Source of the DNA: Methanomassiliicoccaceae archaeon
Lineage (GTDB): Archaea > Thermoplasmatota > Thermoplasmata > Methanomassiliicoccales > Methanomassiliicoccaceae
Assembly: GCA_040776945.1 (NCBI GenBank)
Contig: JAXGZN010000002.1
Location: 512,001-576,000, forward strand
Reading direction: 5' to 3'
Length of the DNA: 64,000 nucleotides
The notes under the pieces were generated by a model, which saw nothing but the letters and a program-made list of their open reading frames with translations, made no database searches and had not been told where the DNA came from. Numbering within the stretch: position 1 is the stretch's first letter; every line of letters begins with the position of its first letter. Both the position numbers and the translations under genes were made by a program. Of the stretch, positions 20,065 to 28,703 are shown one piece after another.

Positions 20065-20955
20065 TCACTCGGTCCTTTGCAGCACGCCTCGGGAGTACCA
20101 TGCTCTGGCAACCTTCCTTACCTTCAGTTCCATTCGAAGGTCCGCCGAGGACAGATTGCCTTGGTCCGTGATGATGTGGGAGAACAGCTCCAAGGGGGTG
20201 CTCTCGAACATCTGTACATGCTCTGTGAGCCTCACTCCGAGCCCATTGGTCGTTACTGATAGGTCTGACAGGACGACCGGGCAGATCTTGCTCCAGCCGC
20301 ATACTGCGTAGGCCTCCAGGTCGTGAACTCTGGCCGCTTCGGCCAGAGCCCTTGTCCCGACCTTGTTCACAAGGCCAAAGGGAGTGACGGAATCCGCCCC
20401 TACGATGGCCCCATCGAGGTGTTCCATTCGGGCGAAGACCGTTGAATCGTAAATTACCTCGGCCTCCATCCCCTGGTCAGCCAGCAGTTTTGCGAACTGA
20501 CGTCCCTCTCCTCCTGGCGATGACTCGGCCACGCTGACCCTCAGTCTCCGGTTCTTTGACATGCTCTTGAGCACCTGGGCCACCGTTGAGGAGTGCGAGG
20601 TGGTCATGAACCACCGCCCCTTGAGGATGCGCGAGGCATGCTCAGCGATCCGAGCCGCGCTCTTCCTTTCCCTCTCCATGGACTCCATCAGCGTCTGGCG
20701 GAGCGACCCGGCGCCCTTGTTCCCCTGTTCCATCATAAGCATGATGGTGTTGGCGATGTTGAAAACAGGTGCGATGCTTGGCCTCGCCTTATAGATGCCG
20801 ATGGAGAAATCCTCCCAATCCGAGGCCGGTATGGCAGAGAGATCCTGCTCCGATATCGATAACAGACTGTTGAGGATCGATGCATGCATCTCCGATGCGC
20901 CGGAGGAGGTATCTTCCGCCAAGGTCTCCGTTATCTCAGAAAGGCGGGGGTCCAT
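20065..20955 (-). CDS. eIF-2B alpha-like / sugar-phosphate isomerase family protein
   Basis: DTSSGASE, RPSIA, TTSHSSTV, AESSPGGEG, VGADS, VNKVGT, FESTP. Confidence 0.8.
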   Translation of the reverse strand: MDPRLSEITETLAEDTSSGASEMHASILNSLLSISEQDLSAIPASDWEDFSIGIYKARPSIAPVFNIANTIMLMMEQGNKGAGSLRQTLMESMERERKSAARIAEHASRILKGRWFMTTSHSSTVAQVLKSMSKNRRLRVSVAESSPGGEGRQFAKLLADQGMEAEVIYDSTVFARMEHLDGAIVGADSVTPFGLVNKVGTRALAEAARVHDLEAYAVCGWSKICPVVLSDLSVTTNGLGVRLTEHVQMFESTPLELFSHIITDQGNLSSADLRMELKVRKVARAWYSRGVLQRTE

Positions 20956-21078
20956 GGCTACTGTATATTTAATTCGACATATAATCGTTGGCCAAATGGC
21001 GGTTCAGCCATAGGTGCGCATGGATATCAGAAGGATGCATAATAAAAAGAAGAAGGTTGGTTTGGTAGGCCGTTCTCT

Positions 21079-21552
21079 CTAGGCGTAACTGGACACGACC
21101 TCGTCGGATATGTGCTCGAGCATCTCAAGCTTCTGAGGATAATGATTGCGGGGGTCCAGACTTATTATCAAGTTGCTGCCATCCTCATTGACCTTGCCGG
21201 TGGCCCTTGCCAGAACGTTGAGCACAGGCCGGAACCCGTTCCACATCTCCAGCACATCCAGGCCGTTCAATACAATGATCCCATCTTTGTTATCCTTCAG
21301 GAAGGTATTGATGTACTTCTCGAACGCCTGAAGGTTCATCGGCGGTATGCATTCTGGATTGGGCCTCGTGCTGAGCCACATGGTCTCCAGCATATGCTCA
21401 TCAAAGTCCAACTGGCTTCTCAGCAGGCGCGGCGGATTCTTTGAGATATAGAGAGCCTTTCGGCCTTTGTCCAACTCCTTCCTCAGGACCTGATGGGTCC
21501 TCAACGGCACGCGCTCCTCGAACAGGTAGAACTTCCCCTTCGATAGTTTCAT
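21079..21552 (-). CDS. DUF835 domain protein
   Basis: ALYISKNPP, WLS, IPPMNL, IVLNGLDVL, SLDP; GGAGGG SD before ATG 21552. Confidence 0.75.
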   Translation of the reverse strand: MKLSKGKFYLFEERVPLRTHQVLRKELDKGRKALYISKNPPRLLRSQLDFDEHMLETMWLSTRPNPECIPPMNLQAFEKYINTFLKDNKDGIIVLNGLDVLEMWNGFRPVLNVLARATGKVNEDGSNLIISLDPRNHYPQKLEMLEHISDEVVSSYA

Positions 21553-21818
21553 CTTATGCCCTCCTTTTCCGAACCAATTCCATGAGAGCTTGTGAATATT
21601 AGTCTGTTGCCCGTTGGTGATTATCAAAAAGTGATAATAACGCCGCAAAAAAAGCGTACTTTTGGTAATTAATGATGTACACATTCTTACTGGATAGTTA
21701 GAAATTCATGACGGAGGTTATATTACTTGATGCTATTGATAATGATAATATACTGGGATCATAGGAAATACTGGATGGACCAGTGAAGAAAGAGCAGAAA
21801 AAAAATGGACGGAAAATG

Positions 21819-22119
21819 TGTCAGGTGAGGGTAGTAGGCCCCCTTCTGTTTCAGGCAGCATTCAACTAAGCACCCTACCCGTCGGTCCTGAGCTGTCATC
21901 CCGACTGTTTGGGCTTGCTCCAGTGGGGAGTCGCCGTTTCACCAATTCCATGGCCAACGTCACTGCCGAGCAGATCACCCTCGGCCATGGCTGTGTCGTT
22001 TCTGCGCCCTTGCCCTGGCTCTCACCAGATCGCTTGCGCGATCCACCTTTCTCGCGGAGGGGGGACCTTCCTCAGCTGGGTCGAAGACCCTACCGTCGGC
22101 CGCCCTCCCTCTCCTGACA
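21819..22119 (-). ncRNA. rnpB: Archaeal RNase P RNA
   Basis: Reverse strand has GAGGAAGGTCCCCCC (P4 5' strand) and AACAGAAGGGGGCCTAC (P4 3' strand); terminal P1 pairing TGTCAGG/CCTGACA. Confidence 0.92.
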
Positions 22120-22363
22120 GCCTTTCCAAGGTCAAAGATGTATAATAACGTTCTTCCCTTTTCAGGCCATCATTATTGTATTATATGATGCATATAATAT
22201 CCGCTGAAAGAGCGTATGACAGACAATTGTCAGACATTTCACTCAAATTATTACACTATTAGTCGGACGTTTTTCAGCGCAATTATATATGTACAGATTA
22301 ATACACATGATAAGTAAAATAAAGGTTCGCCTCGTTCCTTTTTCGATGTCATCCTTAAATGCC

Positions 22364-22388
22364 GTCCGTTCGACTCGGACCCTCGGCA
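22364..22388 (+). other. Orphan tRNA 3' end (T-arm, acceptor 3' strand, discriminator)
   Basis: GTCCG-TTCGACT-CGGAC-CCTCGGC-A; no matching 5' half seen upstream. Confidence 0.5.
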
Positions 22389-22723
22389 GGAGGAAGGCTA
22401 GTTACAGGCATCGGACGAACATCCTCGTCATTTGCTATCGGGCGCGTGATGCTCCCTAGGCCGTCGACGTCATCATGGGGACATGAGCACCTCTCGGACC
22501 GTGGCCGAATGGTCATTCCGCTTTCCACTTTACCGACCTAATTACCTTGTCCCTCCCTATGGAGAAAGCATCTCCCGGCGCGCACTGTATCGCATGAGCG
22601 ATGCCCAGTCCACAGAGGACCCATCGGTAATACCGGTCACAGGCCATGCGCCCGTTGCAGAGACCTGCATTTCCAGAACATGAGAGAACTGTGGAGAGCA
22701 CCGATCGGAGAAGACGTGAATAG

Positions 22724-22807
22724 TGCAGGGGGTGCGATTTGAACGCACGGACCACTAAGGACTAGACCCTCAATCTAGCGCCGTTGGCCAAGCTTGGCTA
22801 CCCCTGC
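22724..22807 (-). tRNA. tRNA-Leu(GAG)
   Basis: GCAGGGG acceptor stem, CTAGA-TTGAGGG-TCTAG anticodon arm, long variable arm, GTTCAAATC T-loop. Confidence 0.95.
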
Positions 22808-22927
22808 GTTTAGGCCACCTTATATTGGCACCGAATATAAAGATTGTCCTGGGATGCGATACCGACCCCTCCTCCAATCAGCCGGCGGCAGCAGTTCGGA
22901 CCGGCACCCAGGACATCAATGGGCCCT

Positions 22928-23332
22928 CTATATCAGCCTCTTTCCAGCGTTCGCGCCAGATGAACAGTCGAACACATCGGTGATCTTGAACACCAGGAGA
23001 GAACGGCACTTCAGCTCGGCCTTCCTTGAGCTGACCATCTCCTTCATTTTTTCATATTCAGAGCCACTGTCCACGACCTTCACATCGCCCTTCAGCTTCA
23101 GGCACCCCTTGACGCCTTGTGTCCAGACATAGAGCGAGGCCCTGGGGTTCTCCTTCAGGTTCTTCAACGTGGTGTCCATGAACTGATTGCCTATCCAAAT
23201 GGTCTCAGGGTCGATGAGGAAGACGGATCCGACGGGAACGACGTTCGGCTCTCCGTTCTTGGATGCGGTTGCCAGGGGGAAGTGTTTGGTAGCTTTCAGC
23301 AGTTCTTCCATTTCAGAGGTGAGCTTTGCCAT
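22928..23332 (-). CDS. Pyridoxamine 5'-phosphate oxidase-like FMN-binding protein
   Basis: LATASKNGEPNVVP, TLKNLKENP, C-terminal GANAGKRL. Confidence 0.85.
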   Translation of the reverse strand: MAKLTSEMEELLKATKHFPLATASKNGEPNVVPVGSVFLIDPETIWIGNQFMDTTLKNLKENPRASLYVWTQGVKGCLKLKGDVKVVDSGSEYEKMKEMVSSRKAELKCRSLLVFKITDVFDCSSGANAGKRLI

Positions 23333-23454
23333 GAACTTGAATCGGCCTTCTGATTATTTACAATTGACCACTGAGCGGAGTCCAACCGCAATTCTACGGG
23401 GAAGTGAGGAAAATAGGGGATATACTCATAATGGGGGTCCGATAATGATGGACC

Positions 23455-24582
23455 ATGGACGCGCAGGAGTTATCGGCACTTTTCCCGCCAATCGACCGAG
23501 CGTGGCTGGAGCGTGCGCGGAAGCGGTTCGCCAGTCCTTTCATGGGCACTAAGTTCGACCGCATCGCCGTCGATCCGATGATGCTCTCACACGCTGCGGT
23601 GGTCTGCGGCTTTACCATAGGCGACTTCTATAAGCAGCCTGAATTGGGAGCGTCGTGCGTCGCCTATGCTTCCCAGCTCTATGATCTGCTGCCTGTTACC
23701 CATTGGTACTTCTCACTTCCTTGGATCAGCGAGCTCGGTGGAGAGCTTCGCTATACGGACCTGTTGCCGCCGACCGTTTCCAACATCGTTGTGAAGACCC
23801 CCGAGGACGTCGATCTCGTGGAGGTACCCGGGATCGAGGAGATCCGAAAGGGCTGGACCTATAGTCAGATGACCAGGTCCAACGATTTCATCAAGGAGAA
23901 CATCCCGGAGATGTTCGTGCCCATAGCGTCGGTCTCCGACCTGCCCGGCTCTGCCGGTCAGCTATGCGGGGTGGAAACGTTCATAATGTGGACCCTGACC
24001 GAGCCGGACCTCGCCCATAAGCTCACCGCGAAGTATACCGAGACCGCAATAGAAGGAACAGGGGCGATAGCTGACCGCTATGGGATGGCAATGATATCCA
24101 CAGGATCGGTCCTTGGGAACAATGACATATTCAGCGATCAGGCGGTGCTCGATTATTCTGCCAAATACCTCCGAAAGCTTGTGGAGGGAGCTTTCCGCAA
24201 GGGTGCTGGCCCCCAGCTGTTCTACCATATGTGCGGAAACCATGAGACCGATTACAAAGTGTTCAAGGACGTGGTCATTTGGTCCCCCTTCACCATCATC
24301 CAGCTTGGGTACAAAGGGCGGGACGTGTTCCCTGCGGACGAGATGGCCAAAGAGTTCGGACAGCTCGCCACCGTCATGGGCTCGGTGGACACAAGGCTAA
24401 TGATAGATCCAAATCCTCGGGCGGTTTACGAACAGGCCAGCAGGCAGATAGTGGCCGGTCGGGACAGCCCCAACGGCTTCATACTCGGGACGGCCTGCGA
24501 GACCCCGCCTTACACCATACCTGGCAACATCTATGCCTTGGTGCAGGCGACAAAGGACCATGGAACATACGGTCATTGGTGA
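23455..24582 (+). CDS. MtaA/MtbA-like methylcobamide:CoM methyltransferase (UroD family)
   Basis: Zn ligands YHMCG and GFILGTACETP; GSVD; size fits the family. Confidence 0.8.
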   Translation: MDAQELSALFPPIDRAWLERARKRFASPFMGTKFDRIAVDPMMLSHAAVVCGFTIGDFYKQPELGASCVAYASQLYDLLPVTHWYFSLPWISELGGELRYTDLLPPTVSNIVVKTPEDVDLVEVPGIEEIRKGWTYSQMTRSNDFIKENIPEMFVPIASVSDLPGSAGQLCGVETFIMWTLTEPDLAHKLTAKYTETAIEGTGAIADRYGMAMISTGSVLGNNDIFSDQAVLDYSAKYLRKLVEGAFRKGAGPQLFYHMCGNHETDYKVFKDVVIWSPFTIIQLGYKGRDVFPADEMAKEFGQLATVMGSVDTRLMIDPNPRAVYEQASRQIVAGRDSPNGFILGTACETPPYTIPGNIYALVQATKDHGTYGHW

Positions 24583-24903
24583 GATCTGGTTCCCTTTAAC
24601 TGTCGAAGTGAGACCATCGTGAGATGGGGTCAAGGAACATGACAGGCCGTTCCTCATGCCGCCCTTAAGGTAGAAATGCGGAAAGGCGGCCAACGGTGGG
24701 GGCAGAATGCCTGGCTCCTTCCATTCTTCTCGGACCGCCGATCCAGAAGGACCTTTCACCGGCCCATCTGCCGCTATTCGGACCAGGACGAGCAATCGCG
24801 TTGATAAATAGCATGACCACAATAAGGATTCAGTGGCCGGACAGATCGTGACGTTCGTAACGGTCGATCGGACGCCGGCCTTTGCGAAGACCGAGATGGA
24901 GAC

Positions 24904-25050
24904 ATGAACACAAACAGGATCAATACGGAGTGCGATAAGTGCGGAGCCAAGTTCGAGACCTTGTATGAGCTGGATGAACACATGGAAGATGTTCACGGCG
25001 ATCTAATGCGGAAGCGGGCGATCCCGCGGAAGAAGCCTAGGAAGAAGTGA
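24904..25050 (+). CDS. 48-aa C2H2 zinc-finger microprotein
   Basis: MNTNRINTECDKCGAKFETLYELDEHMEDVHGDLMRKRAIPRKKPRKK; GGAG SD; downstream hairpin and T-tract. Confidence 0.8.
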   Translation: MNTNRINTECDKCGAKFETLYELDEHMEDVHGDLMRKRAIPRKKPRKK

Positions 25051-25057
25051 CCTTTCC

Positions 25058-25093
25058 GATCGGCGGCATTTGCCGGCCGATCCTTTTGGTTTT
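25058..25093 (+). terminator. Hairpin plus T-tract after the C2H2 microprotein
   Basis: GATCGGCGGCA...GCCGGCCGATC followed by CTTTTGGTTTT. Confidence 0.55.
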
Positions 25094-25203
25094 AACGGCG
25101 ATCTCAGGATCGCGCTTAATGACCTTGTTCTTGTCAGTGAGGGGTACGGAAGCTCTAAGTCTCAGGTTATGGGAGCAGGCTCCATCAACAAAAATAAAAT
25201 ATA

Positions 25204-25227
25204 CATAATCATCATATGGTGATTATG
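25204..25227. promoter_or_regulatory. 24-bp near-perfect palindrome (putative operator)
   Basis: CATAATCATCAT-ATGGTGATTATG, one mismatch, next to an AT-rich promoter. Confidence 0.55.
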
Positions 25228-25623
25228 GTGATATATGTGCCTTCGATGGCTACGCAACCAAGCTTGATCGAGAGCTGGTCTTTAGCCGACCTAAGATGCA
25301 ATGTCTATGAGGGGGAGAGGCAGCGATCAAGGTCTGTCGAGAGAGACCGGCCTCCTTTCTCAACATGGGAGGGCGCCGGCTGGCTGACCTCGGAACAAGT
25401 AGGTCTCGGCGCAAGGGAACGCATAGACTGGACCCGATCGGTCATCGGCGCCTCGGTGGCGGCCGCGGGAGGCCTGTGGTTGATGGCGATCCTGAAGTTC
25501 GACGTGCCTTGGATCTCGGTGCTCCCCCTGCTCCTAATGCTCGCTGGTAGCTTTATTATCGCCGCATCCCTTAACCCGGCATCAGCTAACGGGATGACCG
25601 CCAATGACCGATGTGACCATTAG
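25216..25623 (+). CDS. Small membrane protein with 2 TM helices (true start probably further downstream)
   Basis: Two hydrophobic segments in the C-terminal half; overlaps the start of the next gene. Confidence 0.45.
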   Translation: MVIMVIYVPSMATQPSLIESWSLADLRCNVYEGERQRSRSVERDRPPFSTWEGAGWLTSEQVGLGARERIDWTRSVIGASVAAAGGLWLMAILKFDVPWISVLPLLLMLAGSFIIAASLNPASANGMTANDRCDH

Positions 25624-25987
25624 AGGGATCGATGACGAGACGTACTCAAGGTTCGCGGCTGAGGCCAAGCGGCGTGGGGTCTCCATCGGGGAGCTGACCA
25701 CCCAGGCCATGAGCTCGTTCATCGCGGCGGACACTGGCCCAAGCTACCGCATAGGGGACATCGACGCGCTGACCGTCTCTCGTTCGGACCTTGAGTCCCT
25801 GGAGGGACCGGTGACACTTGAAAACATAGACATGCTTGAGTTCGACGGAACGGTCGATTGGCCCACCTTCAGTCAAAAGGTGAAAAGGATCGAGAACGTG
25901 GACCTTCTTGTACTGTCGAAGGGCCTGTCCAAGTTCCAAGTCCTTACAAAGAGCAAGAACGTGTCCCTCATTCGTTCGAAAAAGTGA
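25604..25987 (+). CDS. Protein with N-terminal ribbon-helix-helix (FitA/CopG-like) domain
   Basis: MTDVTIRGIDDETYSRFAAEAKRRGVSIGELTTQAM. Confidence 0.7.
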   Translation: MTDVTIRGIDDETYSRFAAEAKRRGVSIGELTTQAMSSFIAADTGPSYRIGDIDALTVSRSDLESLEGPVTLENIDMLEFDGTVDWPTFSQKVKRIENVDLLVLSKGLSKFQVLTKSKNVSLIRSKK

Positions 25988-26014
25988 CCATCCGTTCCTT
26001 GATAGAGCGAAGGC

Positions 26015-26464
26015 TCATCGCCAAGGATAGTGCTTGGCCCTCTTGTCGGCCCATTTCTCTATACCATGCTCGCGGATCATCTGGTGGTTATGCTCGATGG
26101 TCTTGCCATGGAATCTTTTCAGGGCCGCGAGCTTCATGCAGGTCGCGCTGCTCTCGCATTCCCAGCAGCCTCGGAAGCCCTTCTGCTTCACGCAGTCTCG
26201 GACTATGCACACCTTCTTGCCGCCTCCGGTGGCGCAAGGACCCTTGCATTCAATGGCCTCTATCTCGTCCAACACCCTTATGAATATGGGGTAGTCAAGC
26301 AGCTTGCCGTAGGCCTGGGAACGGAGGTATGCATATTGATCGAACTGTACCTCGTCAAGCGCCTTCTTCAGCTCTTCGACCGCCAGGAACACCCGCTTGT
26401 CATGGGGAATGCAATCGCCGCAGTAGAGGCCGCAATAGGAGGTCCGAGCGTTGGGATCCGACAT
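26015..26464 (-). CDS. DUF3795-like cysteine-rich protein
   Basis: SYCGLYCGDC, CKGPC, CIVRDC, GCWEC..C. Confidence 0.75.
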   Translation of the reverse strand: MSDPNARTSYCGLYCGDCIPHDKRVFLAVEELKKALDEVQFDQYAYLRSQAYGKLLDYPIFIRVLDEIEAIECKGPCATGGGKKVCIVRDCVKQKGFRGCWECESSATCMKLAALKRFHGKTIEHNHQMIREHGIEKWADKRAKHYPWR

Positions 26465-26524
26465 GGTAATCGGTCCCCCGAGCTTCGCTTCGGCGTTTGA
26501 AGCTTTCGCACTCAGCTCGCCGTT

Positions 26525-28015
26525 CTAAGAGGGTGGCGGGCCGACCAGCGCCCTTTGGGGCAATGGGCATGAAGGGCCGGAGGGCGGGCCTTTGTTCCAG
26601 TCTCGGGAACTGAGCTCGATCCCCCACTCCGACAGAAAGGTATCCAGCCACCAATAGAGGTCGTGCTCCTTCACCACCTTGCGGAGGGCGTGCACGTTCC
26701 TTTCCCGTTCCTCCGTGGTCATGGTCAGTGCTTTAAGTATAGCTCTGGCGCTCATCTCGACATCATACGGGTTCACTATAAGGGCGGCGTTCATCTCCTC
26801 GCTCGCGCCGGCGAACTCGCTGAGGATGAGCACACCCTGATCGTTGAGGGTGATGTACTCCTTGGCCACCAGGTTCATCCCGTCGATGACCGGAGTGATC
26901 ATCGCAACATCGGCCATGATGTAATATGCCATCAGCTCCTCCTGGGGAACAAAGCGGTTCATGTATATTATCGGCGTCCAATTGGGCTGCTGGAACCTGC
27001 CGTTGACCCTGCCCACGGTCTCCTCGACCTGCCTTTTCATCTCACGGTACTCGCTGATGACCTCCCTTGTAGGCGATGCCACTTGGATGAAGGAGACCTT
27101 GCCGACGAACTTCGGATTGCTTTCCAGGAAGCGCTCGAATGCAAGGAAGCGGTTGAGGATCCCCTTCGTATAGTCCAACCTGTCAACGGCGAAGATCACA
27201 TGCGGGATGTCCATCCTCTTCCGCATCCTTGCCGCCCTTTTACGCAATCTCTCGTCCCGGCCCCGGGACGAATAGGCCTCATAGTCGATGCCCAGGGGAA
27301 AGGACTTGGCTCGCGTCACCCGTCCATTGAGCTCGACCGCGGATGAGGTCACGACCGCTTCCGGGAGCTCCCTCTTGACGGTGGACAAAAAATTGTTGAC
27401 ATATGCTGACGAATGAAAGCCAATGAGGTCACAGCCCAGGAGCCCCATGATAAGTTCCTTCCGCCAAGGGATGCATGCAAACGTCTCCACTGCCGGGAAG
27501 GGCACATGCCAGAAGAGAGCTATGCTCACCTCTGGGCGCTCCTCGCGGACCAGGCGTGGCACCAGGCAGTAGTGAATGTCCTGGATCCAAAGCCGACCAT
27601 CGTGCTCCAGCTCTTCGACCGCCGCGGCGGCGAACTTGGCGTTGACCTTCTTGTAGGTCTCCCAATATTCCTTTTCGAACAAGGCGTTCTCCTGAAACAT
27701 ATGGCACACCGGCCAGATGACCCGATTGCTGAAACCGTAGTAGTAGTCGGCAACCTCCTTGGTGGTCAACCAGATCCTTCTAAGTGTATATCTGGGGTCC
27801 TCGACCGGCACTTGGATCCTACCCTCGGGACCGGAGGTCTCCATATCCGCACTGCCGCTTCCCCAGGCGATCCAGGTGCCGCCCGTCATCCGCATGACGG
27901 GATCAAGGGCTGCGACCAGGCCTCCGGCAGGAACTCGGCACTTTATGCCCCGTTTGCTTCGCTCATGGACATAAGGCTCTCTATTGGACATCAGTACGAT
28001 CCTGTTGCTGCCCAT
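26525..28015 (-). CDS. otsA: Trehalose-6-phosphate synthase (GT20)
   Basis: GGLVAAL, YYYGFSN, FWHVPFP, VDRLDYTKG, DGMNLVAKEY, LSEFAGA. Confidence 0.92.
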   Translation of the reverse strand: MGSNRIVLMSNREPYVHERSKRGIKCRVPAGGLVAALDPVMRMTGGTWIAWGSGSADMETSGPEGRIQVPVEDPRYTLRRIWLTTKEVADYYYGFSNRVIWPVCHMFQENALFEKEYWETYKKVNAKFAAAAVEELEHDGRLWIQDIHYCLVPRLVREERPEVSIALFWHVPFPAVETFACIPWRKELIMGLLGCDLIGFHSSAYVNNFLSTVKRELPEAVVTSSAVELNGRVTRAKSFPLGIDYEAYSSRGRDERLRKRAARMRKRMDIPHVIFAVDRLDYTKGILNRFLAFERFLESNPKFVGKVSFIQVASPTREVISEYREMKRQVEETVGRVNGRFQQPNWTPIIYMNRFVPQEELMAYYIMADVAMITPVIDGMNLVAKEYITLNDQGVLILSEFAGASEEMNAALIVNPYDVEMSARAILKALTMTTEERERNVHALRKVVKEHDLYWWLDTFLSEWGIELSSRDWNKGPPSGPSCPLPQRALVGPPPS

Positions 28016-28160
28016 TCAACCCAGATAAATAGACCAGCCACCTGTATTTAAGTTAGGGGACATGGCCAAGCACCAAAACGGCGGTCATCAGCTAAGGATT
28101 ATCCGGTGTGATAATCGATAAGCAATGTTGATATGGGCAAAATAGGTCGAGAGGGTAAAG

Positions 28161-28703
28161 ATGCTAGCTCTGACCCATTTGGTCTTCGCACTTCTGCTGA
28201 TCTCGGTTTTCCGATTGGACCGCAGCAATGCTTTCGCCGTTTTGCTCTTTGGGGTCCTCATCGACCTTGACCATACATTTGGGTTTGTGGAGTTCCTGGC
28301 CAGAGAGGGACTGAGCAATTCTCTCGACTACAAGGCCGCGATGGCCTCGAACATCCAGTGGAAGAGCATGTTCCACAGCCCGGAGGCCGCCCTTTTGATA
28401 ATGCCTCTTTCCGTCAACTACAGATATGGGATCCCGTTCGTGGCCTGGGCGGCCCATATAGCCATGGACCATGTCCAGATCAATTACCTAGGGGTGATGT
28501 CCAGCATCGAGTTCTTGTTCCTAGGCATGCTGCTGGCCGCATTGGCCTGCAGCGAGATCAGAGGCATGCGCAAGAACGTTCCCAGCGCAAGCTTTTCCGA
28601 TATGCTGGCATGGGAAGCGGATCGCACGAGGACGTGGTTCGGCGAACTGCCCGTCCTAGGGAGCGTCATACGGTATCTAGGACCTCGAGAAAGCCTTTCG
28701 TGA
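28161..28703 (+). CDS. Membrane metal-dependent hydrolase (YdjM-like)
   Basis: TH, DLDH, FHS and HIAMD motifs in hydrophobic context. Confidence 0.7.
   Translation: MLALTHLVFALLLISVFRLDRSNAFAVLLFGVLIDLDHTFGFVEFLAREGLSNSLDYKAAMASNIQWKSMFHSPEAALLIMPLSVNYRYGIPFVAWAAHIAMDHVQINYLGVMSSIEFLFLGMLLAALACSEIRGMRKNVPSASFSDMLAWEADRTRTWFGELPVLGSVIRYLGPRESLS

Noticed and set aside
21818-22145. Plus-strand ORFs of 99 and 78 aa
   Set aside because: They are antisense to the RNase P RNA gene.
23455-24582. In-frame amber (pyrrolysine) read-through in the methyltransferase or other genes
   Set aside because: No gene in the window is interrupted by an internal TAG; all TAG stops examined fall at expected C-termini.
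25604-25987. RHH protein as the antitoxin of a toxin-antitoxin pair
   Set aside because: No PIN, RelE or other toxin-like ORF is adjacent.
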